A program made the translations under genes and the position numbers. DNA of 64,000 bases from an uncultured virus (IMG/VR IMGVR_UViG_3300042569_003179). Taxonomy: Duplodnaviria > Heunggongvirae > Uroviricota > Caudoviricetes. Shown here in pieces: positions 51,456 to 60,746 of this stretch; the first letter of the stretch is position 1, and the number at the start of each line of letters is the position of its first letter. The stretch lies in the IMG/VR virus record IMGVR_UViG_3300042569_003179. One strand, written 5' to 3'. The notes below the pieces were generated by a model. The model was not told the origin of the DNA, made no database searches, and was given only the letters and a program-made list of their open reading frames with translations.

Positions 51456-51647
51456 TCAGCAGCGGGCGATCTCGCCGTTCGGGAATGTCGGTTGGTGCCA
51501 CCCTGGTTTAGTTGGCTCTGGGCCTTGAACCAAGTGGACTTTTTCAAGATTGTTGCGGACCCTGTCAATTTGGTCTTGGTTAAGTTCGGTTCCAGTAACG
51601 CCTAGGATGTAGCCTTGAAGCCATGTTACAAAGTCAGTTTTGTTCAT
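51456..51647 (-). CDS. F(C/V)xWLQG family protein
   Basis: MNKTDFVTWLQGYI. Confidence 0.7.
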   Translation of the reverse strand: MNKTDFVTWLQGYILGVTGTELNQDQIDRVRNNLEKVHLVQGPEPTKPGWHQPTFPNGEIARC

Positions 51648-51667
51648 TTTGTGAGTGGGGAGTGAAA

Positions 51668-52606
51668 TTAAGAGCAGTAGAGGGGCCAATTATCGTTGCT
51701 GCGGGAATTTTCTTCGTAGTCAATAGCACCCTGAACAACAGAGAGGAGAATCTTGTGCCCATCAACATCAATATTCTGACTACCCTCGTGACCTCCGGGG
51801 GTCCACAGTTTTCGGGTCCTATCCATGAAGGTGCCAATAAAGATTCCCTTTAGGCAATCAGAAAGAAATTCCCTTAAGTTGTGCAGTCTTTCATCAACTT
51901 CGAGAATTTTTCCTGTCGCGATACTAAACGCAATATCATTGATATTAACTGAAGAGGCACTCTCATAACTATCAAATGCCCCGATCAAGATTTGTTCTGT
52001 GAAAGACCCTGCTGAATCTAAAGCGTATTTGATTTTGTTAAGCCCTAGGGCAGGATAGCTCACGGGGGTTGATTCACCTTCACTATCAGACATCGATAAT
52101 CTACATTTTAGTTTATCAATGATGTCTCCGAGGTGTTCTAGGCAATCACCGTATGAGTATGACTTTGAGTCCATATAGTTGTACATTGTGAATTTAATAA
52201 GAATCTCATCTACGACATCCTTACGCATCATTGTAAATTTAACCGGGATCTTGCGTGGAGAACCTACAAAGAGTCTATCCTCATGACAAGCCTCAAAGAA
52301 TTTGTCAATGTTAAAGTCGTCTCGCTTAACGGCAATGTCGTGGTATCTATTGTCACGGACTTCTAACTCTACTAAGTTTTCACGGAGAGCGTCCAAAATG
52401 TATGGTAAACCCACCCCAGAGGAGTTCTCTCCGCCGCCATAATCATCGTATTCGCTGTAAAAGGGAAGAAGGCAAGGTTTGAAAAGACATGTTGAATAGC
52501 AGTAGTCGCTTTTATCGACTTTTTCCTCCAACACAAACACATAGACCGGTTGCCCAACGTAGATGTGAAGGTTGGAGATTCCGCAAGTTTTGTTCCAGCA
52601 GCCCAT
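51668..52606 (-). CDS. conserved phage hypothetical protein
   Basis: MGCWN.TC.ISNL.I..G...Y.DYG motif. Confidence 0.7.
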   Translation of the reverse strand: MGCWNKTCGISNLHIYVGQPVYVFVLEEKVDKSDYCYSTCLFKPCLLPFYSEYDDYGGGENSSGVGLPYILDALRENLVELEVRDNRYHDIAVKRDDFNIDKFFEACHEDRLFVGSPRKIPVKFTMMRKDVVDEILIKFTMYNYMDSKSYSYGDCLEHLGDIIDKLKCRLSMSDSEGESTPVSYPALGLNKIKYALDSAGSFTEQILIGAFDSYESASSVNINDIAFSIATGKILEVDERLHNLREFLSDCLKGIFIGTFMDRTRKLWTPGGHEGSQNIDVDGHKILLSVVQGAIDYEENSRSNDNWPLYCS

Positions 52607-52671
52607 TTTGAAGTTGTTTTGGTTTTAGTATTGGTTTTAGTTGAAGGTAATAGATGATGGTCGCAGGGCAA

Positions 52672-53007
52672 TTAGCAATTTATTGCCGGGGGCCACAACC
52701 TACCGGGTCCCTCTGGCTGATAGTGAGGGTAGCGACCAGGAATGGGGGGACCTTCGTAGGTCCATTTTTGGTGTTCCCACAACTTTTTCAAAATCTCATC
52801 AGGGAGTTGCCGACCGATATCGGTGGTTGGGTCAACCTCAGGCCGCTCTGTCAGTATAGCACGGTCAGAGTCAGGCTCAGGGTGGGTGAAAACCGTATCG
52901 AGCTTTGTCTTTAGAGTAGTTAGTTGCTCCGGGCTTAGGCTGGTACCGCAACCTTCGAGAAAGCCCTGTAGCCAAATGCAGAATGTTGCTGGTGTTTGTG
53001 TGGTCAT
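52672..53007 (-). CDS. F(C/V)xWLQG family protein
   Basis: TPATFCIWLQGFLE...L..VF. Confidence 0.7.
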   Translation of the reverse strand: MTTQTPATFCIWLQGFLEGCGTSLSPEQLTTLKTKLDTVFTHPEPDSDRAILTERPEVDPTTDIGRQLPDEILKKLWEHQKWTYEGPPIPGRYPHYQPEGPGRLWPPAINC

Positions 53008-53627
53008 TGTGTTGTGATGTCCGGGAATTTAAAGACGTTTTTGGAATCCATACGGATAGATTTCAGAAATTTACAATGCTTTACATATTCAATATCGAAG
53101 CTAGTTGCGTAAGCATCAATATCATTTTGATCGGCCACAAGGAGCCAACCTTCCGGGTCTATAATCCCCTTTCGTAGAGCAGCTAACCTCCACCATAGGG
53201 ATGGGTGTTTTGCCATGGACATCGCCCAATGGTATTTAATGAAGTATTCACCTTCTTCGAGACTAATTTTTTCAACTCTACCGAAACCGCCAACTGTTTT
53301 GCTACGGTCACCGACCGTAATAGAAAATGTATTTTGTGGTTCTCCGTGGGAGATGTTGTCATAGGTCAAAAAGCCAACCCCGAAGCAAGGGTTCTTAAAG
53401 TCCATAGGGCAACCTTCTGTAGTTGAAGCTAAAACATAGTCATCAATTTCTGGTATGGTTGTGCCTACGAGGTGTTCGTGATTCCAACTTACAGTTATCT
53501 TTTTGGCTTGATTGAGGGTTAATTTTCCTTTTTCAATCGCACCCACTAGCTCTATTGGGAGTGAGTCAATCATTGTGGGTTCGGTCCGGGCCCCGGCCAT
53601 GTAATTACTTTGCAGTTTTTGAAGCAA
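53004..53627 (-). CDS. hypothetical protein
   Basis: likely start at the internal MIDSLP. Confidence 0.6.
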   Translation of the reverse strand: MLQKLQSNYMAGARTEPTMIDSLPIELVGAIEKGKLTLNQAKKITVSWNHEHLVGTTIPEIDDYVLASTTEGCPMDFKNPCFGVGFLTYDNISHGEPQNTFSITVGDRSKTVGGFGRVEKISLEEGEYFIKYHWAMSMAKHPSLWWRLAALRKGIIDPEGWLLVADQNDIDAYATSFDIEYVKHCKFLKSIRMDSKNVFKFPDITTQ

Positions 53628-54114
53628 TCTGGGTAGTTGGCCTGCATGAATTCATATGTTTTGAGACCTATGAGTAATGGTGTTCGTTCCCTAGGCATTA
53701 ATGCGTGTCTTAGGATGTCCTCTTTAAGTTTTTCGAGGTCTTTGATGGGGTCTCTTTTCGGTTGTTCCCAGCTTTGATGGTTCTTACTCATTGTCAATCA
53801 TTGTCAGATTGAGTGTGATTTGTTATTTGCCACAGTCAACGGTAACCTACAGCAATGTAGTCTTTCATATGCGACTCAGGGATTTCTTTTGTGGCACCAT
53901 CGGCGTAAAACATGCGCTCTGCAACGAACCAACTACCAGTGTACATTCGCGGACTTGAACGGTAAATGTGGTACAAGTTCCCGTCTCGCAGATTGCGAAA
54001 GATTGTCTCGGTACGATCACCAGACTTTCGATCTAATTCGAAACCGAAACCTTGTTCAACCAATTGCTTGAGGGTGACTTTTAACATTTTTGATTTATTG
54101 AGGAGTTGGAAAGG

Positions 54115-54360
54115 TTACAATGACCCTGTCACGACTGCTAGAATGTCTTCTTCACTTCCAAATGGGCACTTACCGTTAGCGTAAACGGAAATACGATTGT
54201 AACCTTTGTAATCATTTCTATAAGAAATTTGCCACAAGTCACCATCCCAGCTTACCTCGTGAACGGTAATAATCCTATTGTCTCGAAGAATTAGGCGGTC
54301 CCCTGGCTTGACGATGTGGCCGTCAATGGTTACGGGGGGTGTCTGAGGTAGTCTTTTTAT
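54115..54360 (-). CDS. unannotated 81-aa ORF beginning with ATA
   Basis: open frame IKRLPQTPPVTIDGHIVKPGDRLILRD...DILAVVTGSL* fills an otherwise empty gap. Confidence 0.45.
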   Translation of the reverse strand: MKRLPQTPPVTIDGHIVKPGDRLILRDNRIITVHEVSWDGDLWQISYRNDYKGYNRISVYANGKCPFGSEEDILAVVTGSL

Positions 54361-54922
54361 GTGTGTTTGCTGACATTTCGGTTGGAATCAATGCTACAAC
54401 ACGACGAAGCAAAGCAACCTGTTCAGAGCTGAGTCCTGTATCTCCGTCATCTAAGACGGTTGGCAGGATTTGGTTAAGTAATGCCGCTCTTTCTCGCTTC
54501 AGGGCCAGCTTAGGGTCGGGCACCCAGTCGGGGGTGTGGAGCCAAGGCAACAGGTCTGGCCTGTTTCCGTAATTCTTGAGTGCTCCGGCGTGGTTTGAAG
54601 CAACGGACGTCCAGTGCGTGTTTCTCCAGTATCCGTATTCAAGAATCTGCACCTGCCCTCGCTGGTCCCCATCCGCCTCAGTCGGTGGCGCGTTCCGGAT
54701 ACCATCGGTCGGCATTTGGTATTTCAATGCTTCGGCTGCCTGGGCAGCACCCCACCGGGCCCAGAAGGTTGCAGATTGAAGCTCATTGCCGTATGTTCTT
54801 GCGACATAGTTGACAAAATTCTCGGAAGCAGTGATGCTGTTTGGATTGAATGCCATGATTGTTTTTAGATGGGCGAGGAATGGTGACAAAGCAACTATAC
54901 TGCCTTCGCCCCGCAGAAACAA
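54323..54922 (-). CDS. hypothetical protein
   Basis: contains a PPTEADGD..G.V module; likely start at the internal MAFNP. Confidence 0.6.
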   Translation of the reverse strand: MFLRGEGSIVALSPFLAHLKTIMAFNPNSITASENFVNYVARTYGNELQSATFWARWGAAQAAEALKYQMPTDGIRNAPPTEADGDQRGQVQILEYGYWRNTHWTSVASNHAGALKNYGNRPDLLPWLHTPDWVPDPKLALKRERAALLNQILPTVLDDGDTGLSSEQVALLRRVVALIPTEMSANTHKKTTSDTPRNH

Positions 54923-54956
54923 GCCGGGGAACCGAACCGGGTGGGGCGGTTATCCG
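54893..54956 (-). promoter_or_regulatory. box promoter
   Basis: CGGATAACCG...CGGTTCCCCGGC-TTGTTT-N17-TATAGT. Confidence 0.7.
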
Positions 54957-55027
54957 ACTTTGCCGTGTTGGTAAAAAAGTTTTTTACCATTGCGTTCATA
55001 CTTTTTGAAATTTTTCGAGTGTTAAAA

Positions 55028-55098
55028 ATCCCCTAGACAGAATTGAACTGTCGTCTCTCGCTTACAAGGCGAGTGCATCACCACAATGCTTTAGGGGC
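55028..55098 (-). tRNA. tRNA-Thr(TGT)
   Basis: cloverleaf, loop CTTGTAA; G1-A72 mismatch. Confidence 0.85.
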
Positions 55099-55226
55099 AA
55101 GCGTTTCCATTATAGCATGGCTTGGCAAAAAGTCAATGCCCCCAAAGTCAGGGTGCCGGTTTTGACACCCCGCGCCTCTAGATTACGGACTGTAAGGGCC
55201 AATAAACGGGATGCCCCCCCTCTCTC

Positions 55227-55658
55227 CTACACCACAACCAAGTTATCACGAACCCAATCAGATGAGTAAGAATACACCTCATCATCAATACCAATAGCAA
55301 CATAGTCAGGGTGTGAGACCGTGGTATCGCCTTCCCTTGTTTTAAGGATTACGGTGACCTCAAGGGGGACGGGGACAAATTTGCACAGGGCACTGCGGCG
55401 ATACATGCCAGAATTAGGCTCAGTTTCTTCCCAGGAGCCAGGAAAAATATCAACCTTACACGGGTACGGCTGTGACCCATCGACCGGCATCAGTACATAG
55501 TCAATGCCTTCGACGGCAGTTAAATCACCCCTTTCTCGGGGGAAGACTTCGGTACCGACCGTCGGGCGAATGCGGACCAGGGTTTTTCGTCTTGCAGTCA
55601 AGGGTTGCCCGAAAGCTGCGATGACTTCGGTTCCGGTTGTGAATGTAAGGGTTGTCAT
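55227..55658 (-). CDS. PGDYG-like protein
   Basis: two related halves (ERGDL...DY...YPC and TREGD...PDY...VY). Confidence 0.6.
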   Translation of the reverse strand: MTTLTFTTGTEVIAAFGQPLTARRKTLVRIRPTVGTEVFPRERGDLTAVEGIDYVLMPVDGSQPYPCKVDIFPGSWEETEPNSGMYRRSALCKFVPVPLEVTVILKTREGDTTVSHPDYVAIGIDDEVYSYSSDWVRDNLVVV

Positions 55659-55880
55659 TTTTGATGTTGGTTTGGGTGGTGGGTTTAGGTTTGGAGCTAG
55701 ACGGTTAGACCCCCGTAGTTTAGCAGGCCACTAGGGCAAAGTCAAGGGTGGTTCCAGGTCCGTGAGGGAATTTGGAATGGTAACTCTTCGTCAGATTTCC
55801 TGGTATGTCGTCCCTCCTGGCAATGAGATACCGCATCAACGCATCACAAATTGTGCTAGGGGGAACCAAACTGGGTACAA

Positions 55881-56297
55881 TCAGTTCCGATTGGTCGGAG
55901 CAGTCAGGATTGGTAACCCGCCTTGGTTGGGCGCTACGAAATAGGTCTTGTTTCCCTTTTCCGCCCCTTCCTCAATGTGTTGAATCTGCAGGAACGTCAA
56001 ATACTCAGGGTTATCCTTAAGGCTGGCACCAATAATTTTATTGGATTCTGCGATACCTTCAGCTTCTTTGATGCGAACTTCTTTCAGCTTTTCGGCACTA
56101 TCGAGTTTAGCTTGGGCTTCCAAAACTGCTACTTGGCGCGTATATTCGGCCTTTTGCAACTCGGCTTTTCCTTCCAGGGACTGCTGCCAGACTCCGTATT
56201 GGGGAAGTACAAACATTGCGGTCGCAATGATGGCCGCCAAAAGGAATGCCAGGATGCCAAAAATGACGCCGCCTGAGTAACTGTCTGAGTGCTTCAT
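55881..56297 (-). CDS. membrane-anchored coiled-coil protein (SPFH/prohibitin C-terminus-like)
   Basis: TM helix, PQYGVWQQ..G.AEL and AEGIAESN.II..SL...YL. Confidence 0.65.
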   Translation of the reverse strand: MKHSDSYSGGVIFGILAFLLAAIIATAMFVLPQYGVWQQSLEGKAELQKAEYTRQVAVLEAQAKLDSAEKLKEVRIKEAEGIAESNKIIGASLKDNPEYLTFLQIQHIEEGAEKGNKTYFVAPNQGGLPILTAPTNRN

Positions 56298-56372
56298 GGT
56301 GCGATTGGTTGTTGGTGGTTGGTTGTTTGAGGTAGTGATTTGGCCTAATCGGGGGGGGAACCCGGTAGGCAA

Positions 56373-56448
56373 AGTTCCAGGCCGGATTCGAACCGGCGAA
56401 AATGCGAGTTTTGCAGACTCGTGCCTTAGACCACTTGGCGACTGGAAC
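56373..56448 (-). tRNA. tRNA-Cys(GCA)
   Basis: cloverleaf, loop CTGCAAA, U73. Confidence 0.92.
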
Positions 56449-57171
56449 ATTCGATTGTATTATAGGGTGCCCAATGGGCGAGTAAACCGATTAGACTCGG
56501 ATCGTGTTGAAGCCATTCTCAAAACCGTCACCGTACCCTTGGCTATAGGCTTTTGTGTCGATTATTCTGCACCACTCCAGGAAGTGTTCGAGAGATAAGT
56601 CCCCAGCGGCTACTGTTTCAAAGATCTCAGTGGCTGTGGGATAGACCACAAACAGTTCGTCAAAGGTTTTCATAGTTGTTGATCTGTAGAATGGTTCTTT
56701 TGTTGGAGTCTACGTGCTTTCCTAGCAAACCTTTTCCAAATTTGTTTGGCGACTTTCGTAGGAAAGTCTCTCATCTCCCTAAGGTATCGGCTCTGATTTC
56801 GACTTACTGGTTTTGCCATTTCTCTTCAAGAAAATCGGTGTCTTGCTGAGTTATCTTGTGAAGCCTTTCGTAAAATTGTTCTAACTTTTGATCGACCTCT
56901 TCTCTGTCTACTGTCATTGGCATGTTCAAGCGGGCGTCTTCTAATGATGACAAGGCATCACGAACTAAAGTTTTGAGGGACCCTACTTGTTTTCCAAGAT
57001 GGTGCATCTCGTCTCGCTGCTGTTCTAGGGGGGGGGGGTCAATGTTTGCCATTGTGTTGGGAATTTGAAGCCGTGGATACTATAGCACCTTACACAGGGT
57101 AAGGCAAGCCCCGGAACTGGCCTAGACAGGGAGGCAAACCACCCTTAACCAATTTGTAGACTCCCATGGTT

Positions 57172-57537
57172 TCAGAGTTGGGAAAGAGTAAGCCCCAAGT
57201 AGCAAAATTGATGAAGGAGCTGATCAAAACCGATCAAAACCCAAAAAGCTTTGTCAGTAGTGGACATTCCAAGCTTTAGGGTGATATTCTGCTTTGACCA
57301 ATCGATGTGGTAGTGGAGCATACCGTCAATGGCCCCTAAAACTAGGGCCACACTTGGCAGAAAAGGAAAGGTAACCAGCACTGTTGCCAATGCGTGTTTT
57401 ATCGAGTGTTGGATTCCAATTGGATGCAAGTAAGTGCCTTTATGCTTCACTTCGTCTTCCGTTTGTAGACACCAATCTACCGCGAAGTGTTTAATAAGGA
57501 GTAATGAAAGCAAGGCTAAGGCTTTTTGAGGGTCCAT
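57172..57537 (-). CDS. DUF3307 membrane protein
   Basis: KHF..D..LQ, H...H, HYHIDW.K and GFDQLLH motifs. Confidence 0.85.
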   Translation of the reverse strand: MDPQKALALLSLLLIKHFAVDWCLQTEDEVKHKGTYLHPIGIQHSIKHALATVLVTFPFLPSVALVLGAIDGMLHYHIDWSKQNITLKLGMSTTDKAFWVLIGFDQLLHQFCYLGLTLSQL

Positions 57538-57585
57538 GGGAACTTGTAAGGCAAGTTTACAACTTGGGTGCGTATCTTAGTGTAA

Positions 57586-57657
57586 TGGGGGATATCGGGC
57601 TTGAACCGATGGCGGCCTGTTTGTAGGACAGGTGCTCTACCACTGAGCTAATCCCCC
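57586..57657 (-). tRNA. tRNA-Val(TAC)
   Basis: cloverleaf; loop CCTACAA has C33 instead of U33. Confidence 0.85.
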
Positions 57658-57950
57658 AATAAAGACCAACGATGACCACCCCTACTTCAGTCCAAGACAA
57701 TAAAAACGGAATTTTGTATCACATTGGGGCCGAAATACACGGAACCTTCCTCAGTTACACAAAAGTAGTACTTAAGATCCTCCAAGTTAGTAGTCAGCAT
57801 TTCTTCGAGCGCTTTCCTTTGGGACTCTGAGAAGGGTTGCTCCACAGAGACAAAAGTTCCAAGAGGGGTGATTGCTTTGATTTTCATGATTGGGTGGGTA
57901 GGGTTCAGGGAGCAAGTTGAGGGGGAATTCAACTTTGTTTTCCATGGGCC

Positions 57951-58015
57951 AATCATAGCGTTTCTGCGCGGCAGAAACAAGGGAGAGAACCGAACCGGAT
58001 AGCACGGTAGACCGA
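57951..58015 (-). promoter_or_regulatory. box promoter
   Basis: CGGTCTACCG...CGGTTCTCTCCC-TTGTTT-N17-TATGAT. Confidence 0.65.
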
Positions 58016-58038
58016 CCCTCCCTAGAGCAGTGACCGCC

Positions 58039-58638
58039 TTAGATAGCAACCGGTGTAAATACTCCATAGTATGCCCTGCCATAACAGCCGGATTCAGCCA
58101 ACGTAGTAACACGACCTGTCTGCCCTATCCACCCATTAAGAGCATCTTCGGTAAGTTCATGGGGGTGGCCATCATGAGCAGGAATGTCGATCCACTCGAA
58201 AATTCTAAAAATCGGTGCAGCTTTTAGGGCGTTATGAACGATTTTGGCAGGGTCTACCGTATGTTGTAAACAGTTATACATCCATACCTCATCCCACCCC
58301 GTGTCTTCAATATCCTCACCCATCGAAACTGAAACTGAGACGTTATTACTCGCGTATCGATCAACGGTCCATTTAGGGTAGGATACCGGGTCTACGACTT
58401 TGCCTTCAGTTAAGTTGATGGTTTTAAGCAAAAGGCTGCTGGGACCACCACCGATATCAAGGATTCTTTTGCCCCCCACATCAAAACTATAATGGGTCCG
58501 ATGCAATCCCATTAATCTCCCGTAGACGAATTGCTTCTGTTCCTCGTCAAAGGTATTGCAGCAGTTACCCCAGTATGACCTTTCAAAGTCGTAGTCGTTG
58601 CTGCGATCGTTATGGTTGCCGTAGTCGTTATGGCTCAT
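58039..58638 (-). CDS. class I SAM-dependent methyltransferase
   Basis: ILDIGGGPSS motif I and N.LQH..DP. Confidence 0.8.
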   Translation of the reverse strand: MSHNDYGNHNDRSNDYDFERSYWGNCCNTFDEEQKQFVYGRLMGLHRTHYSFDVGGKRILDIGGGPSSLLLKTINLTEGKVVDPVSYPKWTVDRYASNNVSVSVSMGEDIEDTGWDEVWMYNCLQHTVDPAKIVHNALKAAPIFRIFEWIDIPAHDGHPHELTEDALNGWIGQTGRVTTLAESGCYGRAYYGVFTPVAI

Positions 58639-58678
58639 TTCAGTGGGTTAAATTTGTGATATTTGCGCCAGCAAATTA

Positions 58679-58910
58679 TGGCGGACCGGAGAATTGAACT
58701 CCTATTCCGATAGAATTTTGCTAACCTAAGTTAACAATGCACAGGTATTAATACCTGAGGGGCTATCTCCCAAAGTCTCAAGAATTCTTGAGACGCTTTT
58801 TACCCAGATATTCCGGGCACCATGTTGGCAGTAGATGCTAAGCTACTGGCCTTAGTATTAAAACTGAGGACTTAGACCTGTGCGTCTTACCTGGATTTCT
58901 CCAACCCGCA
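58679..58910 (-). ncRNA. degenerate tRNA-like RNA interrupted by the 114-bp element
   Basis: 5' TGCGGGT can pair with 3' GTCCGCC-A; T arm GGAG-TTCAATT-CTCC. Confidence 0.4.
58707..58820 (-). mobile_element. 114-bp non-coding element, copy 2
   Basis: identical to 43171-43284. Confidence 0.6.
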
Positions 58911-58941
58911 GTGAGGTAATGAACTGAAGAAGCAACCTTCA

Positions 58942-59059
58942 GACTTAAGGGAACCTTAAGATTTGAGTTATGGCCAGAAGGTCATACAAGATGGTTGGGT
59001 TTCTATAGCAAAGAAATTTGTAAATTGCTGAACCATCTTAGTTTTGTGCTAGCAAAACA
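58942..59059 (-). ncRNA. CAGCAA stem RNA, copy 1
   Basis: AAGATGGTT-CAGCAA...AACCATCTT stem with an inner TTTCT-N7-AGAAA hairpin; starts right after tRNA-fMet. Confidence 0.6.
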
Positions 59060-59131
59060 TGGCGGAAGCTGGATTTGCACCAGCGATCTTCAGGGTATGA
59101 GCCTGACGAGATTCTACTTCTCTACTCCGCG
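59060..59131 (-). tRNA. tRNA-Met(CAT), initiator-like
   Basis: CGCGGAG start, C1-C72 mismatch, loop CTCATAC, T loop TGCAAAT. Confidence 0.85.
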
Positions 59132-59159
59132 TTATTGTACCGTGTGTTAATTACGGTAA

Positions 59160-59230
59160 TCGGGATGGAAGGTACTGCCCCTTCTATTCTGCTTCCCAAA
59201 AGCAGTGTGATACTTTTCTACTACACCCCG
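59160..59230 (-). tRNA. tRNA-Pro(TGG)
   Basis: CGGGGTG/CATCCCG-A, loop TTTGGGA, atypical T loop GGCAGTA. Confidence 0.8.
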
Positions 59231-59264
59231 ATGTCTACCTAATGTTACCCTTCCGGTTCCATGC

Positions 59265-59308
59265 CCATGCTTGCAAAACAGGTGCCCCCCCAATTGAGCT
59301 ATGACCCC
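59265..59308 (-). pseudogene. 5' half of tRNA-Ala(TGC)
   Basis: GGGGTCATAGCTCAATTGG...TTTGCAA with no T arm or 3' acceptor strand. Confidence 0.6.
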
Positions 59309-59478
59309 GTGTTCATCTAATGCTTTCTAACATATAGGTTTTACCCTTGAGTGTGACAGTGAGCGAAGGGTTAGCTATGGCAGCAGCCAGTTGCTTCCTT
59401 GCCTTAGGGTCGTTTAATATCCCCTTAATTAACCTGGTTGGTTCTACTTTCATTTTATCAGGGTTTGTGTGGCCATCC

Positions 59479-59598
59479 GACTTGAGGGAACTTTAAGATT
59501 TGAGTTATGGCCAAAAAGTCATACAAGATGGTTGTTTTTTCTACCAAAAAGAAAGTTTTTAGATTGCTGAACCATCTTAGTTTTGCTATCGCAAAACA
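59479..59598 (-). ncRNA. CAGCAA stem RNA, copy 2
   Basis: same architecture as copy 1; starts right after tRNA-Phe. Confidence 0.6.
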
Positions 59599-59599
59599 A

Positions 59600-59676
59600 C
59601 CGGAAATCGCAGAATCGAACTGCGGACCTCTCGTTTTTCAGACGAGCGCTCTTCACCAAGACTGAGCTAATTCCCG
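59600..59676 (-). tRNA. tRNA-Phe(GAA)
   Basis: cloverleaf, loop CTGAAAA. Confidence 0.88.
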
Positions 59677-59737
59677 TTTTTTACCCGGGTTTGATCTCCC
59701 GGTAGTTATTACCCCCAGACTTTCACCTGAGGGCAAA

Positions 59738-59809
59738 TTGAACGCACGGGACTCGAACCCGCATCCTCCACCAACCCGGTGGCGCTCTACCACTTGGAGC
59801 TAACGTCCA
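59738..59809 (-). tRNA. tRNA-like gene with a 5-nt anticodon loop (undetermined)
   Basis: intact acceptor, D and T arms; anticodon arm CCACC-GGGTT-GGTGG. Confidence 0.7.
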
Positions 59810-59944
59810 AATCCCTTTGAATAAACCTGCAAGTTACTTTTAAGGGCCGGGTATTACAATTGCAGTTGCTTTCCCCTCGGGACTTTCACCCGTATATGCA
59901 ACTCTGTTAATTCGTGGTTGCTAACGATTTCCCGTTTCCGGAAA

Positions 59945-60015
59945 CGGGGTATAGGGGACTCGAACCCCCCTTTGCGAGTAGACAGCCCGCAGCCTTCCCT
60001 GACGGCAAATACCCT
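59945..60015 (-). tRNA. tRNA-Asp(GTC)
   Basis: loop CTGTCTA, G73, A1-C72 mismatch. Confidence 0.8.
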
Positions 60016-60081
60016 ATTTGCCCCTGCCCTGGCTCACTTGCTTGTTCCGAAGAACCGCACTAGCAAACCTGCTGGAGGCAA

Positions 60082-60154
60082 CACCCAATGAGGGAGTCGA
60101 ACCCCCGTATTCTAATTCGTAGCCAGACGCTTTAATCCACTAAGCTAATTGGGC
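60082..60154 (-). tRNA. tRNA-Arg(ACG)
   Basis: cloverleaf, loop CTACGAA. Confidence 0.9.
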
Positions 60155-60209
60155 AGTTTTCTGCCGAAAACTTTCAGAGTGTTCTCGTAAGTTTCTCGTT
60201 AGAGAAACA

Positions 60210-60290
60210 TGGCCCCCAAGGGACTTGAACCCTTACAGCTTTCGCTGGGAGTTTTTAAGACTCCTGTGTCTACCCTTCCACCAGAAGGCC
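60210..60290 (-). tRNA. tRNA-Leu(TAA), second copy
   Basis: loop CTTAAAA, long variable arm. Confidence 0.9.
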
Positions 60291-60349
60291 ATTTGGTGTT
60301 AAATTTTCAAGTTGCTGGTTGAGAGTTTTGACTCTGCCAACCTGTCACT

Positions 60350-60392
60350 ATTATAGCGTCTCTGCGGGCAGAGACAAGGGCGGTTAACCGAA
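60350..60392 (-). promoter_or_regulatory. box promoter inside the tRNA cluster
   Basis: CGGTTAACCGCCC-TTGTCT-N16-TATAAT. Confidence 0.75.
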
Positions 60393-60463
60393 CGTTTGCT
60401 GAGCAAACGACACCGGAGAGATGGCCCCCCGAGATTTATCTTAAGTTTCCTCGTCAGAGAAAA

Positions 60464-60535
60464 AGCGGGTAGGGGTAGTCGAAACCCCGTCTACTGCTTG
60501 GAAGGCAGTCATATTGGCCGTTATACGATACCCGC
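60464..60535 (-). tRNA. tRNA-Gly(TCC)
   Basis: cloverleaf, loop CTTCCAA, U73. Confidence 0.9.
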
Positions 60536-60575
60536 ATTTTGTATGTTGCTTCGGTAATGTTTACGTCAGCAAAAG

Positions 60576-60648
60576 GGTGATGAACGGGAATCGGACCCGC
60601 GCTAGTCTGGCTCACAACCAGATGCCTTACCACTTGGCTACCACCACC
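60576..60648 (-). tRNA. tRNA-His(GTG) with encoded G-1
   Basis: G-GTGGTGG/TCATCAC-C, loop TTGTGAG. Confidence 0.88.
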
Positions 60649-60746
60649 ATGGTGCCCTAGGTTTGTATCCAACGGTAATGAAACTTTAAGGTGATGGTCT
60701 CCCATTTCCACCCTAAGTCATATTACCCAGACTCAACCGTAAGCAA

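Noticed and set aside
60648..60715. Additional tRNA-Leu remnant
   Set aside because: Only a GGTGGAAATGGGAGAC D-arm-like fragment; no convincing acceptor or T arm
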